A stretch of 49,604 nt of DNA from Fibrobacteria bacterium (GCA_037447435.1 JBBIGR010000039.1:1-49604); one strand, 5' to 3'. Shown: positions 30,371 through 39,724, counted from the stretch's first letter. Numbers and translations: made by a program. Notes: a model not told the origin generated them from the letters alone.

Positions 30371-31399
30371 GTGAAATTGTCCTCTATTGCAAAACAGCTT
30401 GGTTGCGTTTGTGAAGAACGATATGCCGATGTGGAAATTTCCGCGATAACGGATCCTTCGGATGCCGACGAGCATTCCATAACGTTTGTTTCGAATCCGC
30501 GTTTTTTACAACCGGTGCAGGAATCGAAGGCGTGCGCCGTGATCGCACGGCCCCAAACGCAAATCCAGGGCAAGATTCTGCTTGGCGTCGATGACCCGTA
30601 TCTCGCCTTTGCGCGTGTCGCGCAGATGTTCGAAGACGTTTCTCCTTTGTATGGAACCGGCGTGCATGCGACCGCGTATATACATCCGACCGCCTCGGTT
30701 CATGCCGGCGCAACGGTCGGCCCGCTTTGCGTTGTGGGAAAAAACTGCGTCATCGGAACAGGGGCGGTGATCGGCGCCCATTGTATCATAGAAAACAATA
30801 CGACCATCGGCGACAATGCCAGAATCGATTCCGGCGCAATAATCCGGCGCGATTGCCGGATCGGAAACCGCGTCATTATCCAATCGGGCGCAGTCATCGG
30901 CGGCGAGGGGTTCGGCAATGCCCGCGAGCAAAACGGGCGTTGGGAACGCATACCCTCATTCGGGGCGGTCATCATCGAAGACGAGGCCGAGATAGGCGCA
31001 AACACGACGGTGGACCGCGGTACCTTCGGGCCAACGGTCATCGGTAAAGGCGTAAAGATAGACAATCTGGTGATGGTCGCGCACAACGTGAAAATCGGCG
31101 ACAATACCGCCATCGCCGCGCAGGTCGGTATTTCCGGCAGTACGCTTGTCGGCAAACGGGCGATTCTTGCCGGACAGTCCGGGTTTGTCGGCCATATTGA
31201 GATCGGCGACGACGCGTTTGTCGGCGCGCAGGCCGGTGTTGCGAAATCGGTTGAAAAAGGTGAAAAAGTAACGGGCACTCCCTCTCGCAGTTTCATGACG
31301 ATGCGCCGCATCGAGGCGTCGCAAATGCAATTGCCCGAGCTTGTCAAGGAAGTCAGGAAATTGCGAAAAGAAATTGAAGACTTAAAAAAGGAAAACTAA
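30371..31399 (+). CDS. lpxD: UDP-3-O-acylglucosamine N-acyltransferase
   Basis: DPYLAFA, hexapeptide repeats, [30 protein letters not shown]. Confidence 0.96.
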   Translation: MKLSSIAKQLGCVCEERYADVEISAITDPSDADEHSITFVSNPRFLQPVQESKACAVIARPQTQIQGKILLGVDDPYLAFARVAQMFEDVSPLYGTGVHATAYIHPTASVHAGATVGPLCVVGKNCVIGTGAVIGAHCIIENNTTIGDNARIDSGAIIRRDCRIGNRVIIQSGAVIGGEGFGNAREQNGRWERIPSFGAVIIEDEAEIGANTTVDRGTFGPTVIGKGVKIDNLVMVAHNVKIGDNTAIAAQVGISGSTLVGKRAILAGQSGFVGHIEIGDDAFVGAQAGVAKSVEKGEKVTGTPSRSFMTMRRIEASQMQLPELVKEVRKLRKEIEDLKKEN

Positions 31400-32787
31400 T
31401 GGCACTTCAGCACACGATAGGAAAATCGGTTTCGTTGTCCGGCGTCGGACTTCACACAGGAGAAACAACAAAGGTAACGCTCCATCCGGCCGCAGAAAAT
31501 TACGGCATACGTTTTGTCAGAAGCGATGTTGCGAATTGCCCCGAGATCGAAGCGGATATCGACAATGTCGTCGATTTGGCTCGCGGCACCGCAATCGGCA
31601 AGGCGGACGTGAAAATCCATACCGTCGAACACCTCATGAGCGCTTTTGCGGGATGCGCAATAGACAATTGCAAGGTCGAAGTCGACGCGTCGGAAGTCCC
31701 GCTCATGGACGGCAGCGCATTACCGTTTGTCGAACTCATCGATAAGGCCGGCATTGTCGAACAGGCTGCGCAACGTGAATTTCTGACCATCGACGAATCC
31801 ATGCTTGTCGAAATGAAAGACGGAATTACCTTCGGCGTGTTGCCCTCGAATCATTTTCGCGCCACCATCATGATCGACTATAATCATCCGGCCCTGGGCG
31901 CGCAACACACGACGCTGTTCGACCTTCAGGACTATACAAAAGATTTCGCACCCGCCAGAACGTTTTGTTTTTTATCGGAAATCGAAAAACTGCGCGAAGC
32001 CGGGCTCATTAAAGGCGGTCGCCTCGATAACGCGGTCGTTGTCCAAGACATAGAACTGACGTCCGACCATATCGATTATATCCGGAAATTATTCGATTGG
32101 AAAGGCCCGATCGAAAACGGGAATAACGGGTTTGTCAATAGCACAAAACTCCGATTCCCCAATGAGCTTGCACGTCATAAAATGGTAGACATGCTCGGCG
32201 ATTTCTATTTGCTGGGCAAGCCGCTTTTATGCCACATTCAGGCCGCACGCACCGGTCACGCGGCGAATATTGAAATGGCAAAGAAAATCCGGGAATATCT
32301 CCGGAAGAAAAAGAAAAAAATCGATATCGGGACGGTTCCGCCGATCACCCTCGAAGAAATCATGGAAATACTGCCGCACCGGTATCCGTTCCTGCTTATC
32401 GATAGAGTGCTGGAAATCGAACCAAAAAAGCGCATCGTCGCACTTAAAAACGTCACGTTTAACGAACCGTTTTTTCAGGGGCATTTTCCCGGCGATCCGA
32501 TCATGCCCGGTGTTTTACAAATCGAAGCCATGGCCCAGGTTTCGGGAATTTTGGGCCTTTACGGAAAGAAATTCGACAAGGGAAATTCCGTCGGGTTTCT
32601 GGGCATAGACAAAGCCCGCTTCCGCGGTTGGGTGCGTCCCGGCGATTCGTTGCGTATGGAAGTGGAATTGCTTCAAGACCGTCGCAACACCATGCGTTTT
32701 GCCGGCAAATGCTTTGTCGGTGAAAAACTGGTTTGCGAAGCGGAATTGTTCGCAATGGTAGGTAAAAAAGGCGACGCCATTAAGTAA
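31399..32787 (+). CDS. lpxC/fabZ: Bifunctional UDP-3-O-acyl-GlcNAc deacetylase / 3-hydroxyacyl-ACP dehydratase
   Basis: LpxC motifs GVGLHTG, TVEHLMSA, P.MDGSA, ARTFC, HKMVDMLGD, GH; FabZ motifs LPHRYPFLLIDR, GHFPGDPIMPGVLQIEAMAQ. Confidence 0.96.
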   Translation: MALQHTIGKSVSLSGVGLHTGETTKVTLHPAAENYGIRFVRSDVANCPEIEADIDNVVDLARGTAIGKADVKIHTVEHLMSAFAGCAIDNCKVEVDASEVPLMDGSALPFVELIDKAGIVEQAAQREFLTIDESMLVEMKDGITFGVLPSNHFRATIMIDYNHPALGAQHTTLFDLQDYTKDFAPARTFCFLSEIEKLREAGLIKGGRLDNAVVVQDIELTSDHIDYIRKLFDWKGPIENGNNGFVNSTKLRFPNELARHKMVDMLGDFYLLGKPLLCHIQAARTGHAANIEMAKKIREYLRKKKKKIDIGTVPPITLEEIMEILPHRYPFLLIDRVLEIEPKKRIVALKNVTFNEPFFQGHFPGDPIMPGVLQIEAMAQVSGILGLYGKKFDKGNSVGFLGIDKARFRGWVRPGDSLRMEVELLQDRRNTMRFAGKCFVGEKLVCEAELFAMVGKKGDAIK

Positions 32788-32832
32788 AATGTCGCGCTGT
32801 ACATTGGAAAATAATCAGGAGTCTTCTTTTCC

Positions 32833-33645
32833 GTGGCAACAATAATCCATCCAACGGCCATCGTCGATGCGAAGGCAATTCTCGGTAACGATGTCGTCGT
32901 CGGCCCCTATGCCGTTATCGCGGCGGACGTGGTCATTGGCGACAAATGCGAAATCGGTCCGCATGCCAGTATTTGCGACGGCTCGCGAATCGGGAACCAG
33001 TGCCGTATTTTTAAAGGCGCCAATATCGGCGATGTTCCCCAAGACCTCAAATTCGGTGGCGAAAAATCGCTGCTGAAAATCGGCGACAAAACAACCATCC
33101 GCGAATTCTGCACCCTCAATCGCGGCACAAAGGCAACGGGGGAAACCGTTATCGGCAGTAATTGCTTGTTAATGGCCTATTGTCATGTCGGACACGATTG
33201 CATAATAGGAAACAATGTCATTGCCGCCAATTGCACAAATTTGGCGGGTCATGTGGAAATCGGAAACAATGTCAATGTCGGCGGCATGACCGCAATTGTC
33301 CAGTTTCGTAAAGTCGGCGACTATGCCCATTTATCGGCAAATTCGCTTATCAAAAAAGACGTTGCCCCTTTTGCCATGACGGCTCCGGGCCCCATGCGAA
33401 TCGTCGGTATCAACCGCATCGGCATAAAACGGGCCGGGTTTTCAATCGAACGCCGAAATGCCATTAAACAGGCATACCGGATCCTGTTCCGCAACGGTAT
33501 TACCATAAGCGAAGCAATGGCGCAGCTCGATTCCCAATTCTCCTCAAATCCCGACATTCAGCTGATTGTTGAGTTTGTCAAAGGCGCTACCAAAGGCCTT
33601 CTCCGCATGCGCGGTACCGCAATCGATGCCGAAACCGGGGATTAA
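32833..33645 (+). CDS. lpxA: Acyl-ACP--UDP-N-acetylglucosamine O-acyltransferase
   Basis: IHPTAIV, PQDLKFGGE, IREFCT.NRGT, LMAYCHVGHDC, GINRIG; GTG start with AGGAG upstream. Confidence 0.96.
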   Translation: MATIIHPTAIVDAKAILGNDVVVGPYAVIAADVVIGDKCEIGPHASICDGSRIGNQCRIFKGANIGDVPQDLKFGGEKSLLKIGDKTTIREFCTLNRGTKATGETVIGSNCLLMAYCHVGHDCIIGNNVIAANCTNLAGHVEIGNNVNVGGMTAIVQFRKVGDYAHLSANSLIKKDVAPFAMTAPGPMRIVGINRIGIKRAGFSIERRNAIKQAYRILFRNGITISEAMAQLDSQFSSNPDIQLIVEFVKGATKGLLRMRGTAIDAETGD

Positions 33646-33678
33646 AACCGTATATTAAAAACCCGTAATTTGTAATTG

Positions 33679-33706
33679 CAAGGGTCGGCCGATGTGTCGT
33701 CCCTTG
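33679..33706. repeat. REP-like GC-rich imperfect hairpin after lpxA
   Basis: CAAGGGTCGGC-CGATGT-GTCGTCCCTTG. Confidence 0.5.
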
Positions 33707-33762
33707 TTATTTGCCGCTATTGGCTCATGCAATCAACGCGCAGTACGAAATAGAATAAGAGA

Positions 33763-33786
33763 AAAAACGACAATTTTGTCGTTTTT
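33763..33786. terminator. Near-perfect palindrome, possible bidirectional terminator or operator
   Basis: AAAAACGACAA-TT-TTGTCGTTTTT between the convergent lpxA and radical SAM genes. Confidence 0.55.
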
Positions 33787-33885
33787 ATTTGTTCGGAAAA
33801 ATAAATATTAAAATTACAACCACGAATTCTTCAATGTCTAAGATCAGCCGTTTGACGGATTGTATTGTGGAACAAGAGGAGCTAC

Positions 33886-34062
33886 ATGCAGCGGTCACTC
33901 TGTATTTTTATAATCACGCTGTGGAGTGTTGCTTTTGCACAATCCGATCCAAAACCTTTTCCTGCGGAGAATGTTTCGGATAGCAATGAGGTAATCTCCC
34001 GGTTTCTAAAACCGCATTTCGGCCTTCGTCTTGATCCGTACCCAATCGGAACCGTTTTTTAA
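33886..34062 (+). pseudogene. Short signal-peptide ORF, probable truncated gene remnant
   Basis: AAGAGGAG RBS then MQRSLCIFIITLWSVAFA|QSDPKPFP; after about 40 codons it runs antisense into the end of the radical SAM gene. Confidence 0.4.
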
Positions 34063-36534
34063 AACAAATGCCTGTTTCGCAAATTCCTCATACGAAAATT
34101 TCTCGTCGATTTGCATCGAGCATTTCACCGAACCGTTCGGGGCAGTCGCATATGAAAGACTGCGGAGCATTTTTTTCTTTAATGCCTGTTTGGTAAATTC
34201 CAGCGAATAATTATTCGCCAAGGTTCCTTCTTTTCTCAACATAAAAGTAAGACCATGCCTTTTGCAATAGTCGTTCGGGGAAAAATTGAAAGGGGAATCT
34301 ATTTGCAAATCGCATGTTTGAGGCCCGGATTGCACAATTCCGATGGCCCCGGCAAAACGTTCAAAATGTTTATTTACATTCTTCAATTGGTTTTCCGTTT
34401 CAAAAATACCGGTCAAATCCGCAATCGCCTGCTTATGCCAGAGCAATGTAATGATATCGTGACCGGTGATAAAGCCGGGTGACGTTATAGGTCCCCAATG
34501 CGAACTTTTGAATCCTTGATACCATGGAATAAGCGACGCAGCAGTTTTCATGATTGCCGATGCCAGGGCGATCGCAACCGTTGCTTTGGGAAGCCCGTGG
34601 GTGCACGCGTGACAATCGACAAGAAATGAAATAGGAATAGTTGCCGCTTGGACGCCAAGAATTTTCTCCTTTAAAGCCTGGGGAGAATACGTGATTTTTT
34701 TTCTGAGTGCCGTCACGGATCCGCGCGAAGAATCGTCGCAGGCGCCGCACGCCTTGCAACTTCCCTTTTGGGTTTGCAAACCAAGGCAAAATCCGTTGTC
34801 GACGAAGTTTTTTGCATCGTTTCCTTGCGATAACACGAATTCGCGGGATATTCCGGTCTCAAAATATTCCCAAGACTTTTTAACCGAAAGCCCCAAAGAA
34901 GATTGCGTCCCAGTCATTAATCCGGCAAGACCAATGCCCCGTTGTTCGCATTCTTTTAAAAATGCGGTGAGAAAGGAATTGCCGATATTCCGATAAAAAA
35001 CAAAATCGGTTGACAGTATGGCAGCTACTATCGAATCGTAAATTTCCGGACTTGATGCCCGAACAAGTATTTGAGACAGAAGATAATCGTTGAAATCGCT
35101 CGATAATCTGAATTCAAAGCCGTTTTTATTCAGGGCATTTCGAATTTTTGCAACAACCGGTTTTACCGTATCGATATCCGGCGCATCATGCGTTTCGAGC
35201 GGGGTCCATGGAAACCTCACCAGTATCGTAAGGGAAAAAATAATGCGCGGTTTTTGCGGTTTTGTCTCTATGCATTGCTTAATAAACAAAAGCAGTTTTT
35301 CGAAATCTTCAAAATCCTCTGCTTCCTCTAAACCCGTTGCGATGCAAAAAACTTTCAGTTCCCGTATCGGGGCCGATACAATGGTCCGCATGCTTGATTC
35401 GAGGTCTTTTTGAGAAAGGCTTTTGTGCAAATAGGCACGCATGCGTGAAGAAATGCCTTCAAGCCCGCAGGTAAGGCTCGATTTACCTATGGCCAAACAG
35501 GTCGCGAGCATTGCATCGTCATGGGCGAGCATGTCGAAACGCTGGCTTTTAAGCCCGATGGAATTGAAAATCGACAGTTGCTTTCTCAGTACTTCGTAGA
35601 ACTCGGAATGCATATTGAAATTAAAACTGAATAAATCTATCTTGTCAACACCCTGGCCCGCTTTTATTCTTTTTGCATCCTCCAATAAAGCCGTTGCCGG
35701 ATTTTCCCGATAGGGTTTTTTATTAAAGCTTTCGGCGCAAAAACTGCAAAAGCAAGGGCAGCCGTCGGATATTTGCAGGTTGCCGACGCCGAAATTCGAG
35801 TCAACGGTGCTTATCGGAGCGTCTGCGAGTAACGTGTTTAACGACAACGTCGGAAGCGAAAAACGTTTTGTCGGTTTGGGATTGTCGGGCTGGATAAATC
35901 CGGGAACCGATTCCAGTAAAAGGAGAGTTTCCGGTTTTGACAATCCTTTTTGTTTTGCATCCGCGCACAAAGAAAAAATCCGGGCTACGCAATGCGGTTC
36001 CTCCCCGAAAAAAATACCGTCGACAGGCGGTTCTTTCACGAAGAACAGCGATGTATAAAGAGCGTTTGAGCCGCCGAGAATTATAAGTGGTACGCCGGGA
36101 TCGATCATTCGTTGGCTTTTAAGTAACGGAATATTACTCTTTGTCAGCAAAACGGGTACATTGACTATTTCCTGAACAATGGCGTTTGAAATTGCGATGA
36201 GGTCAAAACCGCGGGGACCGTGCTTTGATCCTGTGCCAAGCAACCAGGGAACATCGTCTTGCGTAAACAGCGGTCCGTCGTATACCGGTGGTAAAAATGC
36301 AAAATCCGGAAAAAAATCCAGGTTTTTCGCAATTTGATATAAAATCTTATGTGAAAATGATTCGGCGGTATCAAAATACGTGGAAAGCCTGCTTATGAGA
36401 ATACGGAACCGTTTTTGATTATATTCTGTTTTGGATACGGTATTTATATCATTGCCGTTAAGCCAGAGGCCGTTTCCGGTCAATGTGTGATATTTATTTT
36501 CATACCATGATGAGTATTCGGGGATTTTATTCAT
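34006..36534 (-). CDS. Radical SAM protein (TIGR03960/YgiQ-like architecture)
   Basis: CxxxCxxC in GCPCFCSFC; N-terminal FDLIAIS...PLIILGG.NA...DGIFFGE region; GLEG.S.RMR..LHK; P.TP; additional C...CKACGAC Cys cluster. Confidence 0.85.
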   Translation of the reverse strand: MNKIPEYSSWYENKYHTLTGNGLWLNGNDINTVSKTEYNQKRFRILISRLSTYFDTAESFSHKILYQIAKNLDFFPDFAFLPPVYDGPLFTQDDVPWLLGTGSKHGPRGFDLIAISNAIVQEIVNVPVLLTKSNIPLLKSQRMIDPGVPLIILGGSNALYTSLFFVKEPPVDGIFFGEEPHCVARIFSLCADAKQKGLSKPETLLLLESVPGFIQPDNPKPTKRFSLPTLSLNTLLADAPISTVDSNFGVGNLQISDGCPCFCSFCAESFNKKPYRENPATALLEDAKRIKAGQGVDKIDLFSFNFNMHSEFYEVLRKQLSIFNSIGLKSQRFDMLAHDDAMLATCLAIGKSSLTCGLEGISSRMRAYLHKSLSQKDLESSMRTIVSAPIRELKVFCIATGLEEAEDFEDFEKLLLFIKQCIETKPQKPRIIFSLTILVRFPWTPLETHDAPDIDTVKPVVAKIRNALNKNGFEFRLSSDFNDYLLSQILVRASSPEIYDSIVAAILSTDFVFYRNIGNSFLTAFLKECEQRGIGLAGLMTGTQSSLGLSVKKSWEYFETGISREFVLSQGNDAKNFVDNGFCLGLQTQKGSCKACGACDDSSRGSVTALRKKITYSPQALKEKILGVQAATIPISFLVDCHACTHGLPKATVAIALASAIMKTAASLIPWYQGFKSSHWGPITSPGFITGHDIITLLWHKQAIADLTGIFETENQLKNVNKHFERFAGAIGIVQSGPQTCDLQIDSPFNFSPNDYCKRHGLTFMLRKEGTLANNYSLEFTKQALKKKMLRSLSYATAPNGSVKCSMQIDEKFSYEEFAKQAFVLKNGSDWVRIKTKAEMRF

Positions 36535-36573
36535 AACAATTAGGGCTTCAAAATAGATTCTGCGGGGGAAAAT

Positions 36574-36610
36574 AAAAAAAAGTGCTGATTCCTATTAGAA
36601 ATCAGCACTT
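36574..36610 (-). terminator. Intrinsic terminator of the small HTH gene
   Basis: Perfect 11-bp stem AAGTGCTGATT/AATCAGCACTT with a U8 tract on the minus strand. Confidence 0.85.
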
Positions 36611-36635
36611 CACAGCAACTAAAAAACGTTAGAAC

Positions 36636-36947
36636 TTATTTCTTCTTCTTTGAAGCTTTCTTTCTCTTGTCAGCCTTCTTGCCGGAAGCAAGCATGATTA
36701 CGCGATAGGTCTGAGCAACAGAGAGACCGAATTTGTTTGCAATTTCAGTTCCGGTTTTGCCGGCTTTGTACATTGCAACAATTTTGGCATTACGTTCCGG
36801 GTTCTTTGCCTTGAGAGAGTCAATGCCATACTTGTTTCTCAACTGATGGATCGCCTGTCTCGTAACCTTGAACTTCTTGGCAATAGCTTCATCTGTACCA
36901 AGAGTTTTTTGGAGCTTGATCAGCTCACTTTTACTAACAATCGCCAT
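36636..36947 (-). CDS. Small, very basic double helix-turn-helix protein (103 aa)
   Basis: Strong RBS GGAGGAGAGG; HTH1 TDEAIAKKFKVTRQAIHQLR, HTH2 TGTEIANKFGLSVAQTYRVI; Lys-rich tail KKADKRKKASKKKK; own terminator. Confidence 0.85.
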   Translation of the reverse strand: MAIVSKSELIKLQKTLGTDEAIAKKFKVTRQAIHQLRNKYGIDSLKAKNPERNAKIVAMYKAGKTGTEIANKFGLSVAQTYRVIMLASGKKADKRKKASKKKK

Positions 36948-37001
36948 ACCTCTCCTCCAATTCAAAAAAGTTTATGAATCGTTGCACCTTTAATATAATT
37001 G

Positions 37002-37057
37002 ATTGTCCAGACAAAGCGAATTTTTGTCAAGTTTTTTTTATTTTTTTTCTGGACAAT
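37002..37057 (-). promoter_or_regulatory. Promoter of the HTH gene overlapped by palindromic operator-like sites
   Basis: Minus strand TTGACA-17 nt-GACAAT (37030-37002); palindrome TTGTC-CA-GACAA at 37003-37014 and an inverted near-copy TTTTCTGGACAA at 37045-37056. Confidence 0.55.
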
Positions 37058-37195
37058 AAGCCATCCTCGTGCTTTATACATGGGTATTCATATATAAATA
37101 TACCGTTTTTTTTTAAATATGCATTGATAATTGTTACACGGTTTTCATAGGGAAATATCTCGTATGCAAATAGTGCGTGAATATATTTTGAAATC

Positions 37196-39721
37196 ATGAA
37201 CAATGAAATAAGCAAAATTTTTCTTCCGATTACACAACATAAGGCGGAAATACTTTCGCACCTGTTGAAATCGAAATCTGTCGTTATATCGGCGCCGACC
37301 GGTTCAGGCAAGTCAACACAGGTGCCGCAGTTTTTAATCGATAGCAAAGCGTTCGACGGTCAAATCCTCATTTTGCAGCCTCGCCGCCTGGCAGCGAGGA
37401 TGCTTGCGGAGCGAGTCGCCTTTGAAAGAAACACCGCTCTGGGAGATGAGATCGGGTTTGTCACGCGCTACGAATCGATGCACAGCAACAATACGAAGGC
37501 GTTATTCGTTACCGAAGGAATATTGCCGAGAATGATGTTGACCAATAAAGACCTGAAAGGAATTTCGGCCGTTGTTTTCGACGAGTTTCATGAGAGAAAC
37601 CTCGCAACGGACCTCGGGCTTGCGTTAGTCCGTTCGCTTCAGCTTTCAACAAGGCCGGATATCGTCATTATCATTATGTCGGCGACCATGGATGCGTCTG
37701 CGGTATCGGAATATTGCGGGCACGCGCCGATCGTTTCCGCAAGCGGCAGGACGTTTCCTATTGACATTCAGTACGTATCGCACGATAAAAAATTGCCCAT
37801 CTGGGATTTGGCGGCAATGGAATGCCGTCGTCTCATATCATTACAAGTCCAGGGCGACATACTCGTGTTCATGCCGGGCGTTTACGAAATCAGGCGAAGC
37901 GTCGATGCGATTTCTTCGTTTTGCACATCGGAACCGATTGCCGTAATGCCATTGTACGGCGATTTGGCCGCGCAAAAGCAGCATACGGTCATGGATCCTT
38001 GCAATAAAAGAAAAGTCATCGTAGCCACCAACATTGCGGAAACCTCAATCACGATTCCCGGTGTGCGGCATGTCGTTGATAGCGGTTTGGCCCGCATTAA
38101 CCGATACGATCCGTGCAGAGGGTTCAATACGTTATATACCGAACCGATAAGCATCGATTCCGCAGATCAGCGTGCCGGTCGCGCTGGGAGAGAAGACAGC
38201 GGTATCTGCGTGCGGTTATGGACAAAGCAATATCATGAAAGCCGGAAACGGCGGATAATGCCCGAAATCCTTCGTGTTGATTTAAGCGAAACAATGCTGT
38301 ATGTGCGGATGCTCGGGTACGGCACAATAAAACAATTTCCCTGGTTTGAGAAACCCGTGGAGGCCGCTTTTGATGCTGCGGAAAATCTACTGCGCGATAT
38401 CGGTGCGATAGACGCGCAAGGAAACCTTTGCGATGCAGGAAAAGAAATGAGCGCCTTTCCCATGCATCCGAGGCTTGCACGGCTGCTTCTGGAAGCGTCG
38501 AAACGCCGTTGCGTCCGCATTGCCTGCTTTACAGCGGCATATTTGTCGGAACGGTCGGCCCTTACGGGAAGGCCCGAATATCCGCAAGAAGCGCATGAGC
38601 ATGAAATTTCGTCCGATTTTTACGGTCTGTATTGCCTTATCGAAAAAATCGGCAAAAGCAACTTCGACGCATCGCTTTGCCTGCGGCATAACGTCAATGC
38701 CGCCGCCGCGCGGAATATCATTCGAACGCAGGCCCTGTTTATGCAATATTGCCGCAAGTTCGGCATGTCGGTCCACGATCAGGGGGATATTTGCACTTCT
38801 CTTGCGCAATGTCTGCTGCTTTCGTATCCCGATCATTGCGCTGTAAGAAAAGACAATGCCACGCTTTTGTGTTTCATGCGGGACAATAGAAAAGGCGAAT
38901 TGGACAAAGACAGCATTGCGCGCAGCGCCGATCTTTTGGTTGCCGCAGACATTCGGGAAACCAAAGACAGGCATCATGAAATCAAAACCGTTTTGTCGCT
39001 TGCGACGCAAATAAAAAAGGAATGGTTGCGCGAATTTTTTCCGCAGAACTGGACGTCGCAATCGATTCATCAATGGAACAATCAAAGTCAATCGGTTGAA
39101 AAAGTGGAAATTACCGAATGTCTCGGCGTTGTCATTGAAAAAAAAATCATGGCCGAATTGGACATGCCCGTTGCTTCGTCTATTCTTGCCGAGATTATTC
39201 TTAATAAAAATCTTGCGCTTCATGGATGGGACCAGGCAGCGAATGAATGGATCGGCCGTGTCGTCTGGGTGCAAGGGCAATTTCCCGATAAGGATCTGCC
39301 CAAATTTACCGAAGAGGACCGCGCGCTTGTGGTCCATGCCATGTGCGAAGGCGAATATAAATACAATGCGGTTTGCAGCAAGGAAGCGTTGCCGTTTCTC
39401 ATGCAACTCGTAAGTCCAGAGCAATTGCGATTTGTGGATGCGATGGCGCCGCAAACGATCGTATTGCCTTCTAAAAGAAAGCTGAGGCTATATTACGAAG
39501 CCGCGCAACCGCCCAAAGGGCGTTGCCGGATACAAGATCTTTACGGTCTGGCCCACACGCCTAAAATCGCCCAAAACAGAGTACCCATACTCATCGAAAT
39601 ATTGGCGCCCAATAATAGACCGGTACAAATCACGGATGATTTGGCACGATTTTGGAGCGTTCATTATCCGGATATTAAAAAGACATTATCGCGCCGGTAT
39701 CCGCGGCATGAGTGGCGATAG
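37196..39721 (+). CDS. hrpB: ATP-dependent RNA helicase HrpB
   Basis: APTGSGKSTQ, QPRRLAAR, DEFHER, MSAT, ATNIAETSITI, QRAGRAGR; HrpB C-terminus LAPN.RPVQIT.DL..FW...Y.....L..RYPRH.W. Confidence 0.95.
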   Translation: MNNEISKIFLPITQHKAEILSHLLKSKSVVISAPTGSGKSTQVPQFLIDSKAFDGQILILQPRRLAARMLAERVAFERNTALGDEIGFVTRYESMHSNNTKALFVTEGILPRMMLTNKDLKGISAVVFDEFHERNLATDLGLALVRSLQLSTRPDIVIIIMSATMDASAVSEYCGHAPIVSASGRTFPIDIQYVSHDKKLPIWDLAAMECRRLISLQVQGDILVFMPGVYEIRRSVDAISSFCTSEPIAVMPLYGDLAAQKQHTVMDPCNKRKVIVATNIAETSITIPGVRHVVDSGLARINRYDPCRGFNTLYTEPISIDSADQRAGRAGREDSGICVRLWTKQYHESRKRRIMPEILRVDLSETMLYVRMLGYGTIKQFPWFEKPVEAAFDAAENLLRDIGAIDAQGNLCDAGKEMSAFPMHPRLARLLLEASKRRCVRIACFTAAYLSERSALTGRPEYPQEAHEHEISSDFYGLYCLIEKIGKSNFDASLCLRHNVNAAAARNIIRTQALFMQYCRKFGMSVHDQGDICTSLAQCLLLSYPDHCAVRKDNATLLCFMRDNRKGELDKDSIARSADLLVAADIRETKDRHHEIKTVLSLATQIKKEWLREFFPQNWTSQSIHQWNNQSQSVEKVEITECLGVVIEKKIMAELDMPVASSILAEIILNKNLALHGWDQAANEWIGRVVWVQGQFPDKDLPKFTEEDRALVVHAMCEGEYKYNAVCSKEALPFLMQLVSPEQLRFVDAMAPQTIVLPSKRKLRLYYEAAQPPKGRCRIQDLYGLAHTPKIAQNRVPILIEILAPNNRPVQITDDLARFWSVHYPDIKKTLSRRYPRHEWR

Positions 39722-39724
39722 TGG

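Noticed and set aside
37027..37347. 106-aa minus-strand ORF over the hrpB start
   Set aside because: Half antisense to hrpB and half in an AT-rich regulatory spacer; no RBS or motifs.
38387..39454. 355-aa antisense ORF within hrpB
   Set aside because: Shadow ORF; no recognisable domain, and hrpB accounts for the sequence.
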